Part shown: positions 1-8,830 of the stretch, one piece after another
Layout of the letters: each line of letters begins with the position of its first letter
How positions within the stretch are numbered: the first letter of the stretch is position 1
NCBI GenBank assembly: GCA_965207735.1
Contig: OZ242296.1
Span: forward strand, 2,912,001 to 2,976,000
Reading direction: 5' to 3'
DNA: 64,000 nt
DNA from: Candidatus Versatilivorator sp.
GTDB lineage: Bacteria > Acidobacteriota > Terriglobia > Versatilivoradales > Versatilivoraceae
Made by a program: the position numbers and the translations under genes
The notes under the pieces: generated by a model
The model's input: the letters and a program-made list of their open reading frames with translations, nothing else
Database searches by the model: none
What the model was told of the DNA's origin: nothing

Positions 1-1
1 G

Positions 2-535
2 TACCACTGGCTGATGCGCCGGGCCCTCATCGATGGCCGCAGCGTAGCCGCCATGGAGGTCTGGGACGTGATCCGAACCCTGGACTACCTGGAAACGCGC
101 GACGACATCGATCCGAAGCGGGTGGGGGTCATGGGATGGTCGATGGGCGGCAACCTGGCCTGGCAGACCGCCATCGCCGAACCCCGGATCAAGGCCGTCT
201 GCACCGGAAGCTGCCTGATCACCTTCGAAGCGGCCCTGGAGCATGAGCGGGACGCGGGCTGGTATGCCTGGATTCCGGGCGTTCGCCGCTGGACCTCGCG
301 GCAGGAGTTGTTCAGCCTGATGGCTCCCCGCCCTCTGCTGGCCTTCGAGGGAGACAGCGACTTTCCCCGGGAAGGGGTCCAACCCATGCTGGATGAGGCC
401 AGGGAAAAGTACGCCCTGCTGGACGCCGGCGATCGCTTCCGCTCCGTGTGGTACTCTGGGGGCCATGGGGCCTACCTGCGGGACCCGGCCACGCTGGAGG
501 AGATCGGCGGCTGGTTCGCACGCCACTTGAGATGA
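2..535 (+). CDS. alpha/beta hydrolase (dienelactone hydrolase/esterase-like), 5' truncated by window edge
   Basis: GWSMGG nucleophile elbow, 'WDVIRTLDYL', 'LMAPRPLL', C-terminal His (GGH); frame open to window start. Confidence 0.8.
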   Translation, partial: YHWLMRRALIDGRSVAAMEVWDVIRTLDYLETRDDIDPKRVGVMGWSMGGNLAWQTAIAEPRIKAVCTGSCLITFEAALEHERDAGWYAWIPGVRRWTSRQELFSLMAPRPLLAFEGDSDFPREGVQPMLDEAREKYALLDAGDRFRSVWYSGGHGAYLRDPATLEEIGGWFARHLR

Positions 536-548
536 GGGCCAAGGTGCC

Positions 549-1982
549 ATGACCCGGCTTCTTTTCTTCGACGACACCCAGCTTCTGGAGAAGCAGGGCC
601 TGGAGCGCCGCCTGGGACGGCCCGACCCGGTTGCCGAGGCCACCTTCCAGGTGCCGGGGATCGACCTCGGATTTGCCTATCCCACCGTCTTTCCCTGCCG
701 CGAAGCCGGGGGATGGCGCATGCTCTATCAGTCCCTGAGCGGCCTTCAGAGCGACAAGGACCCGAACCATTTCGTGCCTACGGTGGCGGATTCGAGTGAC
801 GGTGTCCACTGGCGGGTCCCCGACCTGGCGGCCTCGGCGCCGCTGGCGGACCGGCTGCTGCCCAACCAGGTGGGGGCGGCGCCCCTGAACCGCTTCGGCG
901 AATGGGGGCCCTCCTATTACGACCACCGCGCCCCTGATCCTGGACAGCGAATCAAGGGGTTTGTCTGCAAGGGTCACGGACCCGGCACCGGCAAGAAGGA
1001 CTCCTGGATCGTGACCTCCCCCGACGGGCTGACCTGGAACGATGCGGAGGGGACCCTCTGGCATCCCTACGGCAGCGACCCCTCTGTCTGCGCCTTCTGG
1101 AACCGCTACCGCGACAGCTACGTGCTGGCCATCCGTCCCAAGAACGGCGACCGGCGCATCGCCCTGATGGAAACCCCGAACTGGGAGGAGTTCTCCCCTG
1201 TCGAGCTGGCCCTGTCCCCCGACGGACTGGACCCCGACCTGGCCGAGCTCTACGGGATGCCCACCTTCCCCTACGCCAACCTCTTCATCGGGTTGCTCTG
1301 GATCTACCGGACCCCGGCGCGGACCGCCCAGCACGGCAAGTTCCTGGGGGGACGGATCGACTGCCAGTTGGCCTACAGCTACGACGGCTGGCACTTCCAG
1401 CGAGGTCCGAGGGAGCCCTTCCTGGCCAATGCCGCCCCGGGCCGGATCGGAGCGGGCTGCCTCCTGCCCTGCAGCCTGATTGTGACCGAGAGCGAGATCC
1501 GCCTCTATTCCTGCGCCAGCGCCCAGGAGCATGCCATCTTCGGAGAGCAATCCCCCCAACGGTCGGCCATCCTGATGCACCGTCTGCGGCCGGATGGATT
1601 CGTCTACCTGGAAGCCGCCTCCGGGTGGGGCCGGATGAAGACCCGGGCCCTGCTGGTGCAGGGGGACCAGCTCAGCTTCAACGTGCAGGCGCCCGGCGGC
1701 CAACTGCTGGTGGGAATCACCGACGCCGACGGCAATCCCATCCCCGGCTACGGCCTGGAGGATTGCAGCCCCTGCAGCGGCGACAGCACTGCCTGGGTTC
1801 CCCGATGGAAAGACAACGCCCGTTTCGGTAGTCTTAAGGGCCGGGCGGTTCAGTTGGAACTGGAACTCAGCGGAGGGCGGCTCTACGCCGTCGGCGGCGA
1901 TTTTCAGATGCTGTCGGCCAAGGAGGGGATGCGCTACATGAGGTTCGGCACACCCCCCGACCCGAGCGGCTGGGGGCCCTGA
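549..1982 (+). CDS. uncharacterised beta-propeller glycoside-hydrolase-like protein
   Basis: Repeated S-x-DG-x-x-W Asp-box-like motifs; C-terminal 'LRPDGF...GD...WK...LY' domain shared with 61226-62743. Confidence 0.6.
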   Translation: MTRLLFFDDTQLLEKQGLERRLGRPDPVAEATFQVPGIDLGFAYPTVFPCREAGGWRMLYQSLSGLQSDKDPNHFVPTVADSSDGVHWRVPDLAASAPLADRLLPNQVGAAPLNRFGEWGPSYYDHRAPDPGQRIKGFVCKGHGPGTGKKDSWIVTSPDGLTWNDAEGTLWHPYGSDPSVCAFWNRYRDSYVLAIRPKNGDRRIALMETPNWEEFSPVELALSPDGLDPDLAELYGMPTFPYANLFIGLLWIYRTPARTAQHGKFLGGRIDCQLAYSYDGWHFQRGPREPFLANAAPGRIGAGCLLPCSLIVTESEIRLYSCASAQEHAIFGEQSPQRSAILMHRLRPDGFVYLEAASGWGRMKTRALLVQGDQLSFNVQAPGGQLLVGITDADGNPIPGYGLEDCSPCSGDSTAWVPRWKDNARFGSLKGRAVQLELELSGGRLYAVGGDFQMLSAKEGMRYMRFGTPPDPSGWGP

Positions 1983-2246
1983 TGGGATTGCACCACCTTG
2001 TCTCGAAGCGGCCGGGCTTGCCTGAAACAAACGACAAGAGACAAAAGAAAAAGACTTATCCACAAAGGGGCACGAAGAACGACGAAGGGCCACTAAGGCG
2101 CTGAGGTTGACCGCGACGGGGTACCAAGGTCGCGAAAGGATTGATCGATTTCTGATTGTTTTGCTCTCGTATGATCCGCCCGGCAGGGCGGGGGCGACAC
2201 TTGTTAGCACTTGATAATCCCCGGGCGAACGCCCGGGCGACCCATC

Positions 2247-2336
2247 GAGCCGCGGAGCGGCGGCAGCAGGTAGCCGTGGGCGTGAGCCCATGGATAGGGG
2301 TAGCTCCACGTCGAGCCGCGTAGGCGGCGGCAGCAA
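2247..2336. repeat. REP-like family B element (GCGGCGGCAGCAGGTAGCCGTGGGCGTRAGCCCATGG core)
   Basis: Same core at ~26499-26588, and inverted at ~28777-28867 and ~53541-53630. Confidence 0.8.
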
Positions 2337-2544
2337 ATGCCGGTGAGCCCAAGTGAAGCCCAAGCCGACGCAATGCTGTTTATCCTGTTTATCCTGTGCA
2401 TCCATGTTCAATAAATAGAAAACCGGGTAAGCACGACATGGCCCTTGTTCCCGACAGGCCATGAAGATGCGTTGTTTCACTCTCGTATGATCCGCCCGTT
2501 AGGCCGAGGCGACCTTCTCTGAGCCACTTGTCCGGGAAGAGGCC

Positions 2545-3432
2545 ATGACTTCACAACCACAGGCACCCACCTCCGACCGGGAACCCTTGCGCCTGATGGT
2601 GGTGGTGGCCCATCCCCACGATTTCACCCACTGCGCCGGAACCTGCGGCATTCACAGCTCCCGGAGCGACGCCGTGACCGTGGTGACTCTGACCAACGGG
2701 GCCACCAAGCACAACGAACGCCTCTACGACGAGCTGATCAAGCCCGCCGCCGAGCGCGACCCCCGGATCGTCAACCAGACCCGGGAGGACTACGCCCGGG
2801 AAAAACTGCGGGAGTTCCGCGCCGTCTGCCGCCTCTTCGGCGTCAGCGACGTGCGGGTGCACGGGTTTCCGGAGCCCTACCGCATGGAACGCACGCTCGA
2901 ATCGGTGGAAACCCTCAAGCAGATCATCCTGGAGGTGAGGCCCGACGTGATGATCTCCCACCGGCGCTACCTGCGGGGGCGCAGCGGCATGGTGTCGGCC
3001 TCGCGCAACGAGCACGACGAAGCCGGCTTCGCCACCCACGAAGCCATGCACCTGGCCTCCCTGCCCGACCCCTCCAGCCCGATCCCTCCCCACACCGTGG
3101 CCCTGACCTACTACCTGGGGGTCTTCTTCGAAACCGACGAGATCGACTTCTACGTGGATATCAGCCAGTGGGCCGAAAAGCGGGTCGAGGCCGAGGTTCT
3201 GTTCGCCACCCAGGGTCACACCGAGGCCTTTGCCCGCAAGCGCATCGAGATTAGTGCAGGCAGGTCCGGTTGGAACTGTGGGACGCAGTATGCCGAGGGA
3301 TTCGTCCGCCGCGATCCCGACCTGTTCGACCAGCTTCCGGTTCCGGACCGAGCCCTGCAGAAGGCCAGAGGCAAGCGCATGGACCATTTGCGCCGGATTT
3401 CGGGAGAGCTGCCCGGGCCTTCCAAATCCTGA
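2545..3432 (+). CDS. PIG-L/LmbE family deacetylase
   Basis: 'VVVAHPHD', 'TLTNG', 'RPDVMISH', 'YVDIS', 'YAEGF' motifs. Confidence 0.8.
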   Translation: MTSQPQAPTSDREPLRLMVVVAHPHDFTHCAGTCGIHSSRSDAVTVVTLTNGATKHNERLYDELIKPAAERDPRIVNQTREDYAREKLREFRAVCRLFGVSDVRVHGFPEPYRMERTLESVETLKQIILEVRPDVMISHRRYLRGRSGMVSASRNEHDEAGFATHEAMHLASLPDPSSPIPPHTVALTYYLGVFFETDEIDFYVDISQWAEKRVEAEVLFATQGHTEAFARKRIEISAGRSGWNCGTQYAEGFVRRDPDLFDQLPVPDRALQKARGKRMDHLRRISGELPGPSKS

Positions 3433-3493
3433 GGCGCGCCCCGCGTTCAATCCTTAACCGTCTCCTATTTACCCATTCAGGAGGACCGAGACC

Positions 3494-4654
3494 ATGAGAA
3501 TCACCAACGTCACACCTTACGTGATTAGGCCCCGCTATCCGGACAATGCCGGAGCCTTCGAGGGGGACTGGACCTTCGTGCGCATCGACACCGATGAAGG
3601 CGTCCACGGCTGGGGCGAGGCCAGCAACTCTCCCGGGGGCGGCTGCTTCCTGAGCGCCCGAACCATCGAGCTGCTGCGCCAGAGCCTGGTGGGGAAGGAC
3701 CCGTTTCAGAGCGAGCAGATGTGGCAGCAGAACTACCGGCGTTTCACCTACCTGGGAGCGCGCGGTCTGCCGACGGTGGCCCTGAGCGGCGTGGACATGG
3801 CCCTTTGGGATATCAAGGGGAAGGCCCTGGGCCTGCCGGTCTACGACCTGCTGGGCGGCAAGCTGCGGGACAGCATTCGGCTCTACGCCAATGGATGGTT
3901 CTTCGGCTGCCAGACCCCCGAGCAGTACGGCGCGGCCGCCAGGACCACCGTCGAGGCCGGCCACGAGGCCCTCAAGCTGGACCCCTTCCTGGAGATGCAG
4001 CCCTTCCACACCGCCTATCTCGACGGCCAGATTTCAGCCGAGGGGGAAGAACTGGGCTGCAACATCGTGGAGGCGGTTCGGGAAGCCGTCGGCGAAAAGG
4101 TGGAAATACTGATCGACGCCCACGGCCACTACAACGTGCCGACCGCCATCCGCCTGGCCAACCGCCTCTACGAGGAGTCGCAGATCGCCTGGTTCGAGGA
4201 GCCGGTGCCCCCGGAAAGCATCGATGCCTTGCGGGCCGTGCGGGAGCACGTGACGCCTTCCATCTGCGTGGGGGAGCGCCTCTTCACCCGCTTCGACTTC
4301 CTGCCCATCCTGCAGCAGGGGCTGGCCGACTATCTCATGCCGGACGTGCTCTGGACCGGGGGCATCACCGAGCTGCGCAAGATCGCCAGCATGGCCGAAG
4401 CCTATTACGTCCCCATGAGCCCCCACAACGCCATGGGACCCCTGCAGATCGTAGCCGGCTCCCACGTGATGATGAACACGCCCAACTTCTACCGGCTGGA
4501 GCACAGCACTTCCTTCATCGAAGCCTACAACCGGTTGACCACCGAGCCCATGAACTTCCACGGCGGTGAGTTCAGCCTGAGCGGAAGACCCGGCCTGGGC
4601 GTGGATTTCGACATGGAAGCCCTCCGCTCCCATCTGCACCCGGAGTGGAAGTAA
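3494..4654 (+). CDS. mandelate racemase/muconate lactonizing enzyme family (galactonate dehydratase-like)
   Basis: 'TDEGVHGWGEA', 'DMALWDIKGK', 'IDAHG', 'WFEEP', 'GER', 'PHN', 'PGLG'; GGAGG RBS. Confidence 0.9.
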   Translation: MRITNVTPYVIRPRYPDNAGAFEGDWTFVRIDTDEGVHGWGEASNSPGGGCFLSARTIELLRQSLVGKDPFQSEQMWQQNYRRFTYLGARGLPTVALSGVDMALWDIKGKALGLPVYDLLGGKLRDSIRLYANGWFFGCQTPEQYGAAARTTVEAGHEALKLDPFLEMQPFHTAYLDGQISAEGEELGCNIVEAVREAVGEKVEILIDAHGHYNVPTAIRLANRLYEESQIAWFEEPVPPESIDALRAVREHVTPSICVGERLFTRFDFLPILQQGLADYLMPDVLWTGGITELRKIASMAEAYYVPMSPHNAMGPLQIVAGSHVMMNTPNFYRLEHSTSFIEAYNRLTTEPMNFHGGEFSLSGRPGLGVDFDMEALRSHLHPEWK

Positions 4655-4760
4655 GGCCGTTGGAGGAGCTTCCCACGAGGTGCACAACGGAAAAGAGATA
4701 TCCACGAAGGGACACGAAGGACGACCAAGGGGTTGGAGAAGGCTCAAGAGGAGTCTGGAT

Positions 4761-4790
4761 CCACCCGGGAGCGCGGGCGTCCCGCCCGCA
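4761..4790. repeat. REP-like family A arm (CCCGGGAGCGCGGGCGTCCCGCCCGCA)
   Basis: Identical core at 5349-5378, 5530-5559 (inverted), 8211-8237, 52225-52251 (inverted). Confidence 0.85.
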
Positions 4791-4798
4791 TCCGCTCC

Positions 4799-4883
4799 CT
4801 ATCCCGGCTTCAATGAAGACAACCCCAGCGCAGCCGCGGCACGGTTGAGCTTACGGTCAAAACAGGCAGACGTAGAGGATCAT
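4799..4883 (-). pseudogene. VapC/PIN toxin relic with internal deletion
   Basis: ATGA overlap with antitoxin stop; starts MILY.., joined out of frame to 'ACFDRKLNRAAAALGL', a typical PIN-toxin C-terminus. Confidence 0.65.
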
Positions 4884-5143
4884 CCCCGGTCTTCCAGCAC
4901 ACTCTCCGCGATGGACTTGCCGCGGATTTCCGGGCAGAGGGTGCCGCCCCGAGGCTTATTACCGTTCCAGTGGACTCGGTCAAGCTGCAGCAGACGTCCA
5001 AGGCCTCCATCCTCGATTTCCGGGATGGGCAGTAGCCTCGCCACAGGAGTCCTGTGAGAAGTCACGACCACAGGTTCGCCCTGACGCACCAACTTGAGGT
5101 ACTTGGAAAGGTTGTTCTTGAGTTCTCGAACCGACACTTGCAT
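4880..5143 (-). CDS. Phd/YefM family antitoxin
   Basis: 'MQVSVRELKNNLSKYLKLVRQGEPVVVTSHRTPVARLLP', ends 'VLEDRG'; GGAG RBS. Confidence 0.9.
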   Translation of the reverse strand: MQVSVRELKNNLSKYLKLVRQGEPVVVTSHRTPVARLLPIPEIEDGGLGRLLQLDRVHWNGNKPRGGTLCPEIRGKSIAESVLEDRG

Positions 5144-5348
5144 GGCTTCTCCAAAAAAGTAGCTGCAAACAAGTTCCGCCCCCGCCCCCGGGACACGGAC
5201 CGGATCATTTGAGGAAGAAACTGCCGATCGTTTTTGAAGACGAACCACCAATGAACACGAATGGGGATGGACCCCCTTCAATGACCAACGGCGCCCGAAT
5301 GCTGCTGCGATTTCGTGACCTTGATATCACGACGTCATGGGAGGATGC

Positions 5349-5559
5349 CCACCCGGGAGCGCGGGCGTCCCGCCCGCACAACACTGGCAAAGGCTCGCCC
5401 ATCTCCTCGACCCGGCTCGACCGGCAAAGACGCCCGGGCTCTGCTTGGGCCGGGCCCATGCGGTTCCCACCGCCAGGGTGGACGGGTGCGCCATCGCAGG
5501 GAAACTGAGCGGCAACCCAAGGGAGAGGATGCGGGCGGGACGCCCGCGCTCCCGGGTGG
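5349..5559. mobile_element. REPIN/MITE-like element, family A (211 bp, perfect 30-bp terminal inverted repeats)
   Basis: 5349-5378 is the exact reverse complement of 5530-5559; interior homologous to 8238-8399 in opposite orientation. Confidence 0.8.
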
Positions 5560-5657
5560 ACTCCAGGATATATAATCTGCCTCTCCCGAGACCCCTGTAA
5601 AGCGGCAACAACGGCGTTCATGGTCGGAGCCAGTCCGTCGCTGGAAAAGAAGGATCC

Positions 5658-6683
5658 ATGACTTCGCCACATCCTCACCCCCGCTGCCTGCAACCCGGAC
5701 CGCACAACCGTGTGACCGACGTCGATGGGTTTCTCGTCGGCAATGCCTCCGACGCCGCCCTCAAATCCGGGACGACCGTATTTACTGCGGAGCAACCCTT
5801 CACGGCGGCGGTGCACGTCATGGGCGGAGCCCCTGGAACCAGGGAGACCGATCTGCTGGCGCCGGACCGTCTGGTGCAGAATGTGGATGCGTTGGTCTTG
5901 TCCGGGGGGTCGGCTTTCGGTCTGGATGCGGCCTCCGGCGTCACGGACGCCTTGGCGGAAAGCGGACGCGGATTTCCCGTGGGCGCCGCCCGGGTTCCGA
6001 TTGTGCCGGCCGCCATCCTGTTCGACCTGCTCAACGGCGGGGACAAGAACTGGAAGGAGAATCCCTACCGAGGGCTTGGCCGGCGGGCGCTGAAGAACGC
6101 CGGGGAAGAGTTTGACCTCGGGACAGCCGGGGCCGGCGCCGGAGCAACCACCGCCAATCTCAAGGGAGGCCTTGGTTCGGCTTCCCTGCAACTCGGGAAC
6201 GGAATCACGGTCGGAGCGCTGGTCGCGGCAAACCCGGTCGGCTCGGTCACCATCCCAGGAAGCTGCAAGTTCTGGGCAGCCCCCTTTGAAATCGGCGATG
6301 AGTTCGGGCAGGCGGGTCTCCCCGAGGAGGCACCCGATCTCAAGGCAACGTTCCTGGGAAAACACACGGCCCTGGCGCCCGGAGCAAACACCACCATCGC
6401 CGTTGTCGCAACCGATGCGGACCTCACCCGGAGCCAGGCGCAGCGCATGGCCATCGCGGCCCACGATGGGTTGGCCAGAGCCATTGTTCCGTCGCACACG
6501 CCTTTCGACGGCGACCTGGTGTTCGCCGCGGCCAGCGGAACCGCAAAGCATGCGGTAGAGGACACTGACATGGCCGCCATTTGCCACGCCGCCTCGCTCT
6601 GCCTCGCCAGGGCAATCGCCCGCGGCATTCGTTATGCGACTCCCGAACCGGGAGACCTCCTTCCCTGTTGGCCCGGGTCCTGA
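5658..6683 (+). CDS. P1/S58 family peptidase (DmpA-like)
   Basis: 'GGAPGTRETDLL', 'LSGGSAFGLDAA', 'NTTIAVVATDA', 'HDGLARAI.PSHTPFDGD'. Confidence 0.9.
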   Translation: MTSPHPHPRCLQPGPHNRVTDVDGFLVGNASDAALKSGTTVFTAEQPFTAAVHVMGGAPGTRETDLLAPDRLVQNVDALVLSGGSAFGLDAASGVTDALAESGRGFPVGAARVPIVPAAILFDLLNGGDKNWKENPYRGLGRRALKNAGEEFDLGTAGAGAGATTANLKGGLGSASLQLGNGITVGALVAANPVGSVTIPGSCKFWAAPFEIGDEFGQAGLPEEAPDLKATFLGKHTALAPGANTTIAVVATDADLTRSQAQRMAIAAHDGLARAIVPSHTPFDGDLVFAAASGTAKHAVEDTDMAAICHAASLCLARAIARGIRYATPEPGDLLPCWPGS

Positions 6684-6732
6684 TTCAATCCAGTATCCAG
6701 ACTCCCCTGCACCACCCGCTCTCGAAAAAAAC

Positions 6733-6763
6733 TTGACTATAATTGATTAGTAGTGCTAACTAT
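6733..6763 (+). promoter_or_regulatory. AT-rich promoter/operator upstream of MarR gene
   Basis: TTGACT overlapping TATAAT (6738-6743); imperfect palindrome TTAGTA-G-TGCTAA (6747-6759). Confidence 0.4.
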
Positions 6764-6770
6764 ATAAACC

Positions 6771-7412
6771 ATGTCCAGAGCCGATGACATCAAGCAGGCT
6801 GCCACGGGATTGGCGCAGCTGAGCCTCTACTTGAGAACCAGGCAGTGGAAGGCAGGGGAAGCGCTGGGCCTGACGCCCACCCAGATCACCGTCCTGACCC
6901 TGCTCAGGCAGCGGGGATCCAACCGGGTTCGGACCCTGGCCAAGCTGCTCGGCGTTTCCCTGGCCACCGCCAGCCGCGTCATCTCGGCCCTGGAACGCAA
7001 GCAGCTTGTCCGAAAATCGATCGATCCTGCGGACGGCCGGGCCACCCTTGTGTCCCTGACGCAGGCGGGGGTTCGAGTCGTTTCGTCACGGACGGAGTTC
7101 CCGGAAGCACTGCTCAGCGCCCTGGCCGGGCTCAGCCCACTGGAGAGCCGGGCGCTGCATACGGCCCTCAGCAAGGTCATCCTGGAACTGCAGGAATCCG
7201 GGGCCATCGAACCCCAGAGGATGTGTTGCACCTGCCGTTTCTTTCGCCCCCACCGGCATTCGGACCAATCCCGGCCCCACCACTGCGATTTTGTGGACGC
7301 CCCCTTCGGAACTGCTTCGTTGCGTCTGGACTGCGGGGACCACCAGCCGGCCGAGGAAGCCGCGAGAAAGGAGCGCTGGCGGCGATTCCTGGCCGCCACT
7401 CCCCCGGATTGA
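6771..7412 (+). CDS. MarR family regulator with Cys/His-rich C-terminal domain
   Basis: wHTH 'LTPTQITVL...SLATASRVISALERKQLV...DPADGR'; tail 'MCCTCRFF...HHCDFVDAP...LRLDCGDH'. Confidence 0.85.
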   Translation: MSRADDIKQAATGLAQLSLYLRTRQWKAGEALGLTPTQITVLTLLRQRGSNRVRTLAKLLGVSLATASRVISALERKQLVRKSIDPADGRATLVSLTQAGVRVVSSRTEFPEALLSALAGLSPLESRALHTALSKVILELQESGAIEPQRMCCTCRFFRPHRHSDQSRPHHCDFVDAPFGTASLRLDCGDHQPAEEAARKERWRRFLAATPPD

Positions 7413-7488
7413 GGCGCCTCTCCGCCAGCGCAAGCCGGTGGTGGGGCTATCTTTCAACCAACCCTGATCCCTACAAGGAGGAATCACC

Positions 7489-7728
7489 ATGAAGAAACAA
7501 GCCACCTTCTACCATGCCGGCTGTCCGGTCTGCGTGGATGCTGAGACCCAATTCGCGGGGGCTCTCAATCCCGAGAGCTACGCGGTTGAGATCGTTCACC
7601 TCGGTACGGCCCCCGACCGCATCGCCGAGGCCGAAGAGGCCGGGGTGAACTCGGTCCCGGCCATGGTCGTGGATGGGAAGCCCTATCACATCAATTTCGG
7701 CGCATCCCTGGCCGATTTGAAGTCTTAG
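7489..7728 (+). CDS. small thioredoxin/glutaredoxin-like protein
   Basis: 'FYHAGCPVC' CxxC, 'GVNSVPAMVVDG'; AGGAGG RBS. Confidence 0.85.
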   Translation: MKKQATFYHAGCPVCVDAETQFAGALNPESYAVEIVHLGTAPDRIAEAEEAGVNSVPAMVVDGKPYHINFGASLADLKS

Positions 7729-7876
7729 AGATGAGTTTGGCGGCCTGCGCCGCCAGGAAAACCGCTTCTGCGTGGGTCGGGCAATCCGGTTGGGTTCCCG
7801 GCCCTTGCAGGACCCGCGGCCTTATATTAGACTAGGTGGCCGGCCGATCGAGGACATGTCGGCCGCTTCCTTCGAC

Positions 7877-7953
7877 GGTGAGTGTAGCTCAGTCGGTAGA
7901 GCACTGGATTGTGGCTCCAGCGGTCGTGGGTTCGATCCCCATCACTCACCCCA
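7877..7953 (+). tRNA. tRNA-His (GTG)
   Basis: G-1, acceptor GTGAGTG/CACTCAC, D arm GCTC/GAGC, anticodon arm CTGGA-TTGTGGC-TCCAG, T loop TTCGATC, C discriminator, encoded CCA. Confidence 0.97.
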
Positions 7954-8210
7954 CCCCCCTTCGCCTGAAACACCCCTGTTTCATCCTGTATCAGCCGCAC
8001 AGTCGCATGGGACGGCCACGCGGCCAAGTGAAAAGTGATTAGTGGCGAGTGGTTAGTGAATAGACCGACACGTAAAGCCTGAAACAACAGAAAAAGAGTG
8101 ATCCACGAAGGGCCACCAAGCGTGGCGGCTCTGCTGCATCGGCACGGGCTGCGGCGCGGCAAACCGGCGCATGCCCCTTTGAGGAGCAACAGTGTTGGGA
8201 GGAGGGCCCC

Positions 8211-8399
8211 CCCGGGAGCGCGGGCGTCCCGCCCGCATGCTATCCCGTTGCGTGCCGCTCAGTTTTCCTGCGATTCGGCGCCCGGCCACCCTGCCGGCGG
8301 GAACTCCATGGGCTCGGCCGAAGCAGAGTCCTGGCCCCGTTGCCGGTCGACCCGGGTCGAGGAGATGGCCGAGGCTGTGCCACGACTTGTGCGTGTGCA
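8211..8399. repeat. family A element, one arm lost
   Basis: REP-A arm plus interior homologous to 5379-5529; abuts family C element. Confidence 0.7.
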
Positions 8400-8401
8400 T
8401 T

Positions 8402-8580
8402 AATAGGGGACGTTGTTGAAATGTTGGAATTACTCTGTCTGGCGATTCTGTCAACACCTGGAGAGGGAGAAAAATGGAGGGAAAATCCAGGATTCAGAAG
8501 GAGAACTGCTTCGCCGTTTCAGTCGGTCAGGAATGGGGAACTGAGACAGTTATTCCAGTAATTCAACAACGTCCCCTATT
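8402..8580. repeat. REPIN-like family C hairpin element (GGGGACGTTGTTGAA arms)
   Basis: 19-bp perfect IR AATAGGGGACGTTGTTGAA / TTCAACAACGTCCCCTATT; same arms at 28939-29054 and 32134-32249. Confidence 0.8.
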
Positions 8581-8610
8581 TTTCCCCGGCCGACGATTAT
8601 ACTGCAAGTT

Positions 8611-8691
8611 CGAGTTTTTGAGTATGTGAATATTCTGAAACTCTGAATAGGTGAGTGTCTGAACGGTTGATTGTTTGAGTATTCAGATACT
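8611..8691. repeat. degenerate 8-bp-period array (TGANNNNN units)
   Basis: CGAGTTTT TGAGTATG TGAATATT c TGAAACTC TGAATAGG TGAGTGTC TGAACGGT TGATTGTT TGAGTATT CAGATACT. Confidence 0.55.
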
Positions 8692-8705
8692 TGGACTGCT
8701 GTCCG

Positions 8706-8810
8706 ATGCCAACGCACCTGGCCGGCTACGCCAATCCAAAGACCACCCAGATCTATGACCGCCGTCGCCGGCGCGATACGCGGAATATCGTGGGGAGGAT
8801 TTCGGTGTAA
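8706..8810 (+). pseudogene. tyrosine recombinase C-terminal fragment
   Basis: 'HLAGYANPKTTQIYDRRRRRDTRNIVGRISV*' resembles integrase box II (LAGH..P.TT..Y) including the catalytic Tyr. Confidence 0.7.
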
Positions 8811-8830
8811 GCGGACTGTCTGCACTTGAA

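Noticed and set aside
312-2480. Long antisense ORFs (also 5205-6587, 26077-28209, 34432-36228, 37650-39101, 44409-46013, 55827-57788)
   Set aside because: Shadows of real genes in high-GC DNA; no recognisable motifs
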